Shown: positions 33,368 through 41,858 of the stretch, one piece after another | How the letters are laid out: every line of letters begins with the position of its first letter | Numbering within the stretch: the stretch's first letter is position 1 | From: Alphaproteobacteria bacterium | GTDB taxonomy: Bacteria > Pseudomonadota > Alphaproteobacteria > Rs-D84 > CACZYB01 | Reading direction: 5' to 3' | DNA: 55,598 nt | Assembly (NCBI GenBank): GCA_009785175.1 | Contig: WQWV01000003.1 | Span: forward strand, 1 to 55,598 | The notes under the pieces: generated by a model | The model's input: the letters and a program-made list of their open reading frames with translations, nothing else | Database searches by the model: none | Told to the model about the DNA's origin: nothing | Program-made: the position numbers and the translations under genes

Positions 33368-36298
33368 TTACTCCGCCAGAATCTTACGCGCCGTTTCCTG
33401 ATCCGTATAGGGAATATCCGTGTGGCCGATTGTTATATAATCCTCGTGCCCTTTGCCGGAGATTAAAATAATATCGTCTTTGGTGGCGATTTCAATAGCG
33501 CGGCGAATCGCGTTCTCGCGGCCGGGAACTTCGGTTGCGCCCGGACAGTTGGCGGCGACCTCGGCGCGGATTTTCGCAGGGTCCTCGGTGCGGGGGCTGT
33601 CGTCCGTGATGATTTTCACGTCGGCGTATTTCGCGGCGGCGGGGCCAAGCTCGGCGCGTCTTATCCGCGTTTCGTAATTGTCGCCGCAGGTCGAGAAGAC
33701 CGAGATGATTTTGCCTCTGGCTACTTCGCGCAGAGTTTTAAGCGTGTGTTCAAGCGCGTCGCCCTTGTATGAAAAATCCACGAACACGTGCGCGCCCTTT
33801 TTCGTTTCGCCCATGTATTCAAGGCGGCCGGCAGCGTTTTTGAGTTGCGGAAGAAGCGGCATGATTTTCTTCCAATCCTTCTCGACCGAGATGAAAAGGC
33901 CAAGCGCGCAGAGCAGGTTCATAAGTTGGTATCCGCCGAGGATCGCGAGTTTCAAATCGAACTTCTCGCCGAAGATTTCGATCGTCGCGGTTTGACCGAA
34001 GAGGCTTGTGTCTTGAGAGAGGATTTTTATGTCGGCGTTGGCGGCGCGGCCATAGCTTATCACCTTTATACCGCGCGCGTCGCATATAGCCTTCAACGGC
34101 GCGAATTCGGGAATGTCGGCGTTTAGGACAGCTGTGCCGCCGGCGTCCAACATCTCGGAGAACAGGCGCGATTTGGCGGCGAAGTATTTCTCGCTCGAGC
34201 CGTAAAAGTCCACGTGGTCGTTGCCGAAGTTCGTGAACCCCGCGGCCTTGATTTTGAAATTCTTGGCCCTTTGCTGGTCGATGCCGTGCGAGGACATTTC
34301 AAGCACCGCGTGTTCGACGCCGCGATCCTTGAAATACGCCATGTCGCGGAAGAGTTCGTCGCCGGTGGGCGTCGTGTGGTCGTCGTTATACTTTATGGTT
34401 TTTTGGCCCGAGTAAACGTTGTCCACGATCGTGCCGAGCGTTCCGCTTGAGAGAGTTTTTTCGCCCAGAAGCGCCCACATCTGCCGCACGAAATCCGCCG
34501 TCGAGGATTTGCCGCTTGTGCCGGTAAGCGCTACTATAGTGTCCGGCTGCTTGGATCCATAGAACGCATAGGCGAGGTCCGAGAAAGCTATCCTTGGATT
34601 GTCGGCGCGCGCGACTGGTATGGATTTTTCCCCTATCTTAGCGTCGGTGGCGGAGTCGAATTTGTAATCGATAGGCGCAACTATCGCAGCTGCTCCGTGG
34701 TCGATCGCAGAGCCCGAGAAATCCGCTCCGTTTTTGACGTATCCGGGAATGCCCACGAAAAGCGAGCCGGGAACCGTGCGCGAGGAGTCCATCGAGATTT
34801 GGGAAATCGGGCGAGCGTCCGCGGCGGGGGTCGAGCTTAACCCTGCGGCCTTGAGCAACTTGTCAAGCGGGACGGAGGGGCGCGCGAGTTTGGCGCGAAT
34901 GAACTCTTTGTCCTTCTCATACATCGTGCCGCAGATGATAATCGAATCCCATTCGCGCGAGGTGTCGATGGTTTCGTTTATCGCTTCGTATCGGTTCGGA
35001 ATTTCGATCGCGCGCGGGCAATGGGCGAGGAGCGAGGCGCGGATTTTCGCCGGGTCCTCGGTGCGCGGATTATCGTCCGTTATTATTACCGTATCCGCAA
35101 GCCCGCCTATGACCTTGCCGATTTCGGTGCGGCGGATTTCCGGGCGGTCGCCCGAAGAGCCTATGATTAGAATAAGGTTGTGTTTCACATACGGCCTGAA
35201 TTCCGTGAGGAGTTTTTTCACGCCGTCGCCGTTGTGGCCGAAGTCGACATAGATCGGCGCGCCGTTCGGAGTGCTGGCCACGTATTCAAGTCGTCCGGCC
35301 TCGTTTTTAAGCGTGTCGAGTTTATCCGCGATACGCGCGAAATCCCCGCCGCCCACGATGAACATGCCAATCGCGCAGAGGAGGTTCATGACTTGGAACT
35401 CGCTTATGAGATTAAGCGTAAGATCGTATTTTTTGCCGAGGATATTTACGGCTACTTCTTGGCGTGTGTTTTTGATTTCGTATTTTTCGAGTCTTAAATC
35501 GCAATCGGCGCAGTGGCCATAGGAGAGGATTTTCACGCCACGGGCGCGGACGGTTTCGGCGACGCGCACCCCATACGGATCGTCGATGTTTACGACCGCC
35601 GTGCCGGAGGAGTCCAAGAGCTTGCTGAACAATATCAACTTTGCGGAGAAATATTTTTCTATGTCGTTGTCATAGTAATCAAGGTGGTCGTTCGATAGGT
35701 TCGTAAATCCTGCGGCGGCGATCTTGAGGCTGTCGACGCGGTGTTGTTCGAGCCCATGCGACGAGGTTTCGATGGCGACTTTTTCCACGCCCAAACTTTT
35801 GAGGCGAGAGAGGTTTTTCCGAAGCTCGATCGCGTCGGGGGTGGTAAGGCCTTTGCCTTCGGTGAATACTTCCGATTTTATTCCGACGGTGCCGATGGAG
35901 GCGGCGGGAGTGCCGGAGAGCTCGAATAACTGGCGCACGAAATTGACCACCGATGACTTGCCGTTAGTGCCGGTCGCGGCCGCTATGAACGACGGCTCGG
36001 ACGGATAGAAAATCTTGGCAAGCTCGGATTCAGCCTGGCGCATATCCATATCTAGGAAGGCGAATTCTATGCCTTGATACTGCGCTGCGATGGCCTTGTT
36101 ATCCGCATGCGCCACGATCGCGACCGCGCCGTTCTTGATCGCTTCGGGAATAAACTGCGCGCCGTCGAAAGCATAGCCCTTGATCGCGATGAAAAGATCG
36201 CCCGGTTCGACGCGTTTAGAATTATTCCTTAGCCCCGTGATTTCGATATCGTTTTTCGGCGCGATGCCAAAGGGCGAAAAAAGTTGGCTTAGCTTCAT
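33368..36298 (-). CDS. murE: Tandem MurE-MurE fusion Mur ligase
   Basis: Two full MurE-like units: TGTNGKSS/TGTSGKSS, ETSSHGLEQHR/EMSSHGIDQQR, FTNLSNDHLDY/FTNFGNDHVDF, DDNPRTEDP/DDSPRTEDP; final GKGHE. Confidence 0.88.
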   Translation of the reverse strand: MKLSQLFSPFGIAPKNDIEITGLRNNSKRVEPGDLFIAIKGYAFDGAQFIPEAIKNGAVAIVAHADNKAIAAQYQGIEFAFLDMDMRQAESELAKIFYPSEPSFIAAATGTNGKSSVVNFVRQLFELSGTPAASIGTVGIKSEVFTEGKGLTTPDAIELRKNLSRLKSLGVEKVAIETSSHGLEQHRVDSLKIAAAGFTNLSNDHLDYYDNDIEKYFSAKLILFSKLLDSSGTAVVNIDDPYGVRVAETVRARGVKILSYGHCADCDLRLEKYEIKNTRQEVAVNILGKKYDLTLNLISEFQVMNLLCAIGMFIVGGGDFARIADKLDTLKNEAGRLEYVASTPNGAPIYVDFGHNGDGVKKLLTEFRPYVKHNLILIIGSSGDRPEIRRTEIGKVIGGLADTVIITDDNPRTEDPAKIRASLLAHCPRAIEIPNRYEAINETIDTSREWDSIIICGTMYEKDKEFIRAKLARPSVPLDKLLKAAGLSSTPAADARPISQISMDSSRTVPGSLFVGIPGYVKNGADFSGSAIDHGAAAIVAPIDYKFDSATDAKIGEKSIPVARADNPRIAFSDLAYAFYGSKQPDTIVALTGTSGKSSTADFVRQMWALLGEKTLSSGTLGTIVDNVYSGQKTIKYNDDHTTPTGDELFRDMAYFKDRGVEHAVLEMSSHGIDQQRAKNFKIKAAGFTNFGNDHVDFYGSSEKYFAAKSRLFSEMLDAGGTAVLNADIPEFAPLKAICDARGIKVISYGRAANADIKILSQDTSLFGQTATIEIFGEKFDLKLAILGGYQLMNLLCALGLFISVEKDWKKIMPLLPQLKNAAGRLEYMGETKKGAHVFVDFSYKGDALEHTLKTLREVARGKIISVFSTCGDNYETRIRRAELGPAAAKYADVKIITDDSPRTEDPAKIRAEVAANCPGATEVPGRENAIRRAIEIATKDDIILISGKGHEDYITIGHTDIPYTDQETARKILAE

Positions 36299-36362
36299 GT
36301 TAGTCCTTGTCAATTCGCTATCCATTATATAAACTATGAGAGTTGTTTGCAAGGAGAATGAA

Positions 36363-37505
36363 ATGATTTCCGACTTGATCCGGGTTTTCGATACGGTTGC
36401 GTTTGAGCGTAATGTGAAGGCGGCGAAGGCTATGACACGCGCGCGGTTCGGGGCGACGCTTAAGGCCGATGCGTATGGTTTCGGTATCGGGCGCGCTGTG
36501 CCTGTGCTTGTTCGGAACGGCGTCGAGGATTTCTTTGTTCAGGACATAGTCGAGGCGGCGGCGGTGCGAGCGCTTGCACCGAAGGCGCGAATTTATACCT
36601 ATGCAGGAGTTGCCGATGGGCAGGCGGAGGAGTTTTTGCGGCTTGGCATTATCCCTGTTTGTATTTCTTTGGAACAGATTAAATATTATAATTCCGTAGC
36701 ACCGAAAGGCACGCCTGTTGCGATTCATTTCGACACGGGAATGAACCGGACCGGCTTGTCGCTTTCCGATGCGGCGGAATTGAAGAAAAATTGGACGAAG
36801 TGGTGCGGCAACCTTGATGTTGCGCTTTATATTTCGCATTTGCGCGGGCCGTATGCTTATGGAGATTATTCGGCGCGGCAGTTGGCGCGTTTCAAGGAGG
36901 TTTTGGCGATGTTGCCGAAGGCTCAGGTGTCGCTTGCCGGCTCTGCTGGATTGAAAATGGGAGCGGAGTATCACTTCGACCTGGTGCGGCTGGGCGAGGG
37001 GCTTTTCGTGCGCGGAGCGGAATGTGTCGCCTCGGTCTATGCTCGAGTGTTGCAAATCCGCGATGTGGCGAAGGGCTCGACGGTCGGCTATTCCAATCAA
37101 TTCGTGGCGCCGAGCGATATGAAAGTCGCTACGCTTTGCGTGGGATACAAGGACGGGTATTCGCGCGACCTGTCCCGTGTGAACGGGTGGAAGAACTCCC
37201 TGCGCGCCCGGCTTGGCGTTGGTGGGGCTGCTACGAAGGCTTTTGCGGATTTCGGGGGCGTCTTGGCGCCGCTTGTAGGGATAGTTTCGATGAACAACGC
37301 CATGTTTGATGTTAGCGCTGTGCCGGTTTCGGTTCTGGCGCGGGTCAAATATGCGGAAATTTTGGGAGCGCGAGTGAAGGTTTCCGATATGCGGACCGCT
37401 ATCGGCTATGCTCCGGTGGAGAATTTCGTGGGGCTTTTGCGGTATAATCCCAGCGCGGTCGATTTGACTCCTGAAGATTTCAAGAAAAATAAAATTCTTA
37501 TTTAG
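36363..37505 (+). CDS. alr: Alanine-racemase-family PLP enzyme (atypical)
   Basis: LKADAYGFG, DTGMNRTG, SHL, VGY, GYKDG. Confidence 0.8.
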   Translation: MISDLIRVFDTVAFERNVKAAKAMTRARFGATLKADAYGFGIGRAVPVLVRNGVEDFFVQDIVEAAAVRALAPKARIYTYAGVADGQAEEFLRLGIIPVCISLEQIKYYNSVAPKGTPVAIHFDTGMNRTGLSLSDAAELKKNWTKWCGNLDVALYISHLRGPYAYGDYSARQLARFKEVLAMLPKAQVSLAGSAGLKMGAEYHFDLVRLGEGLFVRGAECVASVYARVLQIRDVAKGSTVGYSNQFVAPSDMKVATLCVGYKDGYSRDLSRVNGWKNSLRARLGVGGAATKAFADFGGVLAPLVGIVSMNNAMFDVSAVPVSVLARVKYAEILGARVKVSDMRTAIGYAPVENFVGLLRYNPSAVDLTPEDFKKNKILI

Positions 37506-37600
37506 CGAGCTTGCTCGCTACGCGCGCTCCGCCGCCCCCACGCTGGACGCGCGCGGTATACACCGCTTGCCGCCCTGCTCGGCGTCGCTTGCTTTGCGAT
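37504..37600 (-). repeat. GC-rich intergenic repeat family 2 (inverted copy)
   Basis: Reverse complement GCAGGGCGGC...GCGCGC..CC.GCGTG..GGCGGCG..GCGCG.AGC..CAAGCTCGCT aligns with 14748..14843 and 31765..31804. Confidence 0.6.
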
Positions 37601-37616
37601 CATTTACACTTTTTGC

Positions 37617-37646
37617 TTGACAAAATTTTATGGGGGGGGGTAGGTT
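37617..37646 (+). promoter_or_regulatory. Promoter with G9 tract in spacer
   Basis: TTGACA-AAATTTTAT-G9-TAGGTT; spacer 18 bp. Confidence 0.65.
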
Positions 37647-37677
37647 ATGTCCAATAAGTTAACAAAAGGACTAACGA

Positions 37678-38388
37678 ATGAAACAGAAAACCAAACGTGT
37701 TGCCCGCGGCGTTATGAAATCCGTTGTCGCCATGATAGCGCTTGCCATACTTGTCGCCGGGTGCGGCAAGGGCGAGAAAGTCGAGGAGGAGGCCGCGCCT
37801 GTTGCCCCGAAAATTACTCCGGCAATGGTTGCCGAGGCCTTGCGGAGCTATATACTTACGATGGAAAAAGACGGCAACAAATACGGTTTCAACGCCTATA
37901 TCACAAACGAGAAGACGGGCAAGCGCTATAACGGCCTTGCCAACGATTTCGAATATGATTCCGAGGGCTCGGACGAGTTCTTTGATATGGCAGAAAAAGA
38001 GGGCGAAGAAGCGTTTCATTGCGCCGATGCCGGTAAGAACGAATTCGACTGTATCCGCATAGAGGCCGGGAAACAGAAAAACAAGCGTTTCGTTTTCAAG
38101 CCGATGGAATGGCCGAAAGAAGGCCGATGCGCCAAAGCGTCGCTTGTCGACGAGAAACACAACTATTTCGAAGAGCTATCTAACCTTATCGAGGACAATC
38201 CCGACTTCCTTACCAAAATAACCGCGTGCGGCGAGATTCGGGGCATGGGATCCAGCGCCTATGCCTGGCTTACCGGATACAGCAAGATAAAGGCCGAAAA
38301 CTATACCAATTTCGCGGGGCTTGCCGCAGAGAGAATCAAGGTGGACGCCGATTCCGCGCGGGCTTTGATTAGGAAGTATAGCCGTTAG
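37678..38388 (+). CDS. Hypothetical lipoprotein
   Basis: Lipobox LVAGC after a hydrophobic stretch; SD AAAGGA. Confidence 0.8.
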   Translation: MKQKTKRVARGVMKSVVAMIALAILVAGCGKGEKVEEEAAPVAPKITPAMVAEALRSYILTMEKDGNKYGFNAYITNEKTGKRYNGLANDFEYDSEGSDEFFDMAEKEGEEAFHCADAGKNEFDCIRIEAGKQKNKRFVFKPMEWPKEGRCAKASLVDEKHNYFEELSNLIEDNPDFLTKITACGEIRGMGSSAYAWLTGYSKIKAENYTNFAGLAAERIKVDADSARALIRKYSR

Positions 38389-38400
38389 CGTATATAGTGC

Positions 38401-38448
38401 ATGCGCGCCGCAGGCGGCCAACGTCCGCTCGCCCTCGGGCGTTGGCTC
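38401..38448 (+). repeat. Intergenic repeat family 3
   Basis: ATGCGCGCCGCAGGCGGCCAACG...CGGGCGTTGGCTC, also at 48729..48776. Confidence 0.85.
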
Positions 38449-38486
38449 ACACAGGTGTTCGCCCGCTCCGTAGCGGCCGTGTGGCC

Positions 38487-39383
38487 TTATGGAAGAAGCT
38501 TGAAAAACGCCTTATCTATTTCGGCTTTGACATTTAGCACGGTGAAGTGTTTCCGCAGAGCTTTTGGAATCTTCACATAATCCTTGGACGTAGTGATCAC
38601 GGGCGTGTGGGCGGCAACGGCTTTTAGTTCGGCATCTGTATATTTGTGGTGGTCGGGGAAGGCGAAGAAGTTTGTTATTTGTGTTCCCTGTTCTTCTATG
38701 AAATCAAAGAACTTGTTCGGGTTGCCGATGGCGGCCATGGCGGCGGCGCGGGGCGGAAGTTTTGTCGTTGAAACAAGGCGGCTTGTAAACCCTTTGCCTT
38801 TGCCGTTGGTGAAAATCACCGCGTCCATGTTTTTAAGCGCGCCCGGCAACTCTCGCATAGGACCGGCGGGAAGCGGTAGGGCGTTGCCGAATTTGGCCTT
38901 GGCGTCGATAACGCATATACGAAAATCCTTGGCCAGCGTATAGTTCTGCAATCCGTCGTCCATGATAATCACATCGACCTTGTTTTCGACGAGTTTAGCG
39001 CTGGCGGCGCGGTTGGCGCCCACGATCACTTTGGCCCAAGGGAGCGCGGTTTTTGTATCGATCGCTTCGTCGCCCACGGTGGCGGCTGTATCGGTAGCGC
39101 TCACTTCGCGATTGATTTTCACCTTGCCGCCGAAGCCCCTATATAAAATCGCGACGCGCTTGCCCCGGTCATGATAGAATTCCGCTATGGCGCGGACTAT
39201 GGGAGTTTTGCCGGTGCCGCCGACCGTGATGTTTCCTATGCAGATTACGGGGACTTTGGCTCTATATGGCGTTGCGAGTGCGCGTTTTATGGCGCCTATA
39301 GCCAGGTAAATTCCCCCAAACGGCAGTAAAAGCAGGGAAATTAACCCTTTTTTGTTCCAAAAACTTGGCTGTTGCAATCTCAT
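38487..39383 (-). CDS. lpxK: Tetraacyldisaccharide 4'-kinase
   Basis: PVICIGNITVGGTGKTP, GDEA, IMDDGLQN, LPAGPMRE, FPDHH, TSKD. Confidence 0.96.
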   Translation of the reverse strand: MRLQQPSFWNKKGLISLLLLPFGGIYLAIGAIKRALATPYRAKVPVICIGNITVGGTGKTPIVRAIAEFYHDRGKRVAILYRGFGGKVKINREVSATDTAATVGDEAIDTKTALPWAKVIVGANRAASAKLVENKVDVIIMDDGLQNYTLAKDFRICVIDAKAKFGNALPLPAGPMRELPGALKNMDAVIFTNGKGKGFTSRLVSTTKLPPRAAAMAAIGNPNKFFDFIEEQGTQITNFFAFPDHHKYTDAELKAVAAHTPVITTSKDYVKIPKALRKHFTVLNVKAEIDKAFFKLLP

Positions 39384-39407
39384 AAGCCCAAGTATATAAT
39401 TTTCGGC

Positions 39408-39797
39408 ATGACTTTGCAAGGCCTATACGATGCTTGGGATATGCTTCCGTCGGACGACGAGAGGCTCGAGTATCTTGTCGCGCTTGGAGGGCAGCTTGCC
39501 CCGATGACGGCCGAAGACAAAACCACTGAGAACGCCGTGCTTGGGTGCGCGGCGAACGTATGGATCGCGCCCAACTATGCCGGGGACAAGCTTGACTTTG
39601 CTTTTGCATCGGACGCTAAGATCGTTTCCGGGCTTTTGTTCATACTTTCACTTGTTTTCAACGGGAAAACCCGCGCCGAGGCGTTGGAGGTCGACGCGGA
39701 CGCCGTGTTCAAGCGGCTTGGCCTTGACGACATACTTACATCGAACCGAATCGTGGGCGTGGCGTCGGCGGTAGAGAAAATAAAAAACTCTTTATAA
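39408..39797 (+). CDS. sufE: SufE family sulfur acceptor
   Basis: ERLEYLVALG, VLGCAANVW, SDAKIVSGL, LTSNRIVG. Confidence 0.9.
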   Translation: MTLQGLYDAWDMLPSDDERLEYLVALGGQLAPMTAEDKTTENAVLGCAANVWIAPNYAGDKLDFAFASDAKIVSGLLFILSLVFNGKTRAEALEVDADAVFKRLGLDDILTSNRIVGVASAVEKIKNSL

Positions 39798-39810
39798 AAA
39801 GGATAAAAAA

Positions 39811-39921
39811 ATGAAACCGAGCATAAAAATCATTTGCGAAACGTTGTTGTTAGACGTTGAGCTTAGGATTTTGCGGCAAGGTTGCATGGGATCCTTGCAC
39901 ACAACTTCAAACAAAGGATAA
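39811..39921 (+). CDS. Possible 36-aa small ORF between duplicated RBS/start sequences
   Basis: MKPSIKIICETLLLDVELRILRQGCMGSLHTTSNKG*; preceded by the same AAAGGATAAAAAAATGAAAC as waaA. Confidence 0.35.
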   Translation: MKPSIKIICETLLLDVELRILRQGCMGSLHTTSNKG

Positions 39922-39925
39922 AAAA

Positions 39926-41209
39926 ATGAAACTACGACTTTACAGATTTTTAATGTTTTTAATCAAACCGCTGGTGCGTCCGATATTGTGGATACGCCGC
40001 ATGCGGGGCGACGAATCCCGCGACCCCAAGCGCTTTGAAGAGAGGTTCGGCACTGCGTCGGTTGCTCGTCCTAAGGGTCGCGTATTCTGGTTCCACGGCG
40101 CCTCGACGGGCGAATCGAGCCTTGTGATCCCAGTGGTAGAACGAATCCTTGAAAAGTATCCCGACGCGACCGCGCTTATCACCACAATGACTCTAATCGG
40201 CGCGGAAAACGTTGCTCGCAAGCTTGGCAAGAACAAGCGCGTGATCCATCAATTCCTCCCGATCGACCGCGGAGCGTATGCCCGCAAATTCCTTGACCAT
40301 TGGAAGCCGTCGGCCGGTTTCTTTGTCGGAAGCGACTTCTGGCCCAACATGTTGCGCGCGGCCGCGATGCGAAGCATACCCCTTGTCCTTTTGAACGGTC
40401 AGGTAAGCGACCGCTCGTTTAGGCGTTGGCAGCGGGCCAAGGGAAGCGCGCGCCGAATCATGTCCTATTTCATATATATGTTCGCGCGCAGCGAAGCCGA
40501 TAAGAAGCGATTGCTTGAGATGGGAGCCAAGATCGTCCTTAGCGTCGGAAACCTCAAATACGCCGCTCCTGCCGTAGGATTCGACGATGCCAAAGAGCGT
40601 GAAATGCGAGACATGATCGGCAAGCGTCCCGTATGGGTCGCGGGCGACATTCACGGTGTCGGGTTCAAGAAAATCGAGATCGCAGACTTGATCGTAAAGC
40701 TATCGCACAAAAACGCATTGTTGATAGTCGTGCCGCACAATCCTGCGCGTGGAAAGGAGTTCGAAAACTTTTTAGAATCTAAAGAGCTGAAGGTTGCGTT
40801 GCGTTCAAAGGGCGAAAAAATCACTTCGGACACCGACGTATACATCGCAGACACCGTGGGCGAGCTTGGCCTTTTCTATAAGGTGGCCGACGTGGCGTTC
40901 GTCGGCGGATCGCTTATGCCCATATATCGCGGGCACAATCCGTTCGAGGCGGCACATTTCGGCAAGCCCATATTGTCCGGGCCCAACGTGTCGTCTTATC
41001 GCGAGGCATACAACCTGCTTGAAAAAGAAGACGCGGTGATTTTCGTTAAAGACGAGAACGAGCTTGGGAACAATGTGTCGCGTCTTTTGGACGACGAGGA
41101 ATTGCGAAATGGATATGCCGAGCGGGCGCACAAGATCGCGCTTCGCGAAGAGGGAATTATCAACCGTATCATGGATAAGGTAGAACCCATTATCGACGCT
41201 ATCGGGTAA
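39926..41209 (+). CDS. waaA: Kdo transferase
   Basis: WFHGASTGE, HQFLPID, GNLKY, DTVGELG, FVGGSL, GHNPFEAA. Confidence 0.94.
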   Translation: MKLRLYRFLMFLIKPLVRPILWIRRMRGDESRDPKRFEERFGTASVARPKGRVFWFHGASTGESSLVIPVVERILEKYPDATALITTMTLIGAENVARKLGKNKRVIHQFLPIDRGAYARKFLDHWKPSAGFFVGSDFWPNMLRAAAMRSIPLVLLNGQVSDRSFRRWQRAKGSARRIMSYFIYMFARSEADKKRLLEMGAKIVLSVGNLKYAAPAVGFDDAKEREMRDMIGKRPVWVAGDIHGVGFKKIEIADLIVKLSHKNALLIVVPHNPARGKEFENFLESKELKVALRSKGEKITSDTDVYIADTVGELGLFYKVADVAFVGGSLMPIYRGHNPFEAAHFGKPILSGPNVSSYREAYNLLEKEDAVIFVKDENELGNNVSRLLDDEELRNGYAERAHKIALREEGIINRIMDKVEPIIDAIG

Positions 41210-41328
41210 AACTTTCCATAGCGGCGCATCTACGTCGTCAGATTGGAAATTTTATTGGTCGAGTATGTCTATATACACTTCCTCTAAAATTTCCAACCTT
41301 CCTAGTATCTGCATCACTCTGAAAAGTT

Positions 41329-41829
41329 TTACGGGTTTTTCTTTGGAGTTGTTTTATTTTTGAACTCCAACTTGACATTCTCCAACATATCGGGATAGAA
41401 ATCGCTTTCGCAGGTCCAGTTGTTCCAGAAGCCCGGGAGTAGGCCACTAAAATACCATTTGCGGCCGGCGTTTTTGAAACCTAGGTGTTTCATGATTTCC
41501 GTCGGCGCGCGGTTTTTCGGGCGGACGTAGGCGGACTTCCTATACCCCTTCGCGTTGTCGAAAATGATTTTGCCAAGGTGTTTGAGGTAAACGGAGTTCC
41601 GGAATTTCGGGAATAGAATCACCTCGAGGATATGGCAGCCTTCCGGGTTGAATTTCTTTAGCCCGGCGAAGTCGAGGAATACGACGCCAATCCATTCGCC
41701 GGTCGAGTATTGAAGCACGTAGCCCTTTAGCTTTTTCCAATGCTCGAGCAGGTATTCTTTGCTGCAGAAATCGGCGGCGGTGAATTCGTGCGCGGCCAGC
41801 CTTTCCCATTTGTCGAGGTCGGATTTCAA
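41329..41829 (-). CDS. Hypothetical, possibly GNAT-fold protein
   Basis: VILFPKFRN...NRAPTEIMKHLGFKNAG resembles GNAT motifs A/B; TTG start after ffh. Confidence 0.5.
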   Translation of the reverse strand: MKSDLDKWERLAAHEFTAADFCSKEYLLEHWKKLKGYVLQYSTGEWIGVVFLDFAGLKKFNPEGCHILEVILFPKFRNSVYLKHLGKIIFDNAKGYRKSAYVRPKNRAPTEIMKHLGFKNAGRKWYFSGLLPGFWNNWTCESDFYPDMLENVKLEFKNKTTPKKNP

Positions 41830-41858
41830 CAGGGGGCGATAGAATATTTTGCGGCGGG

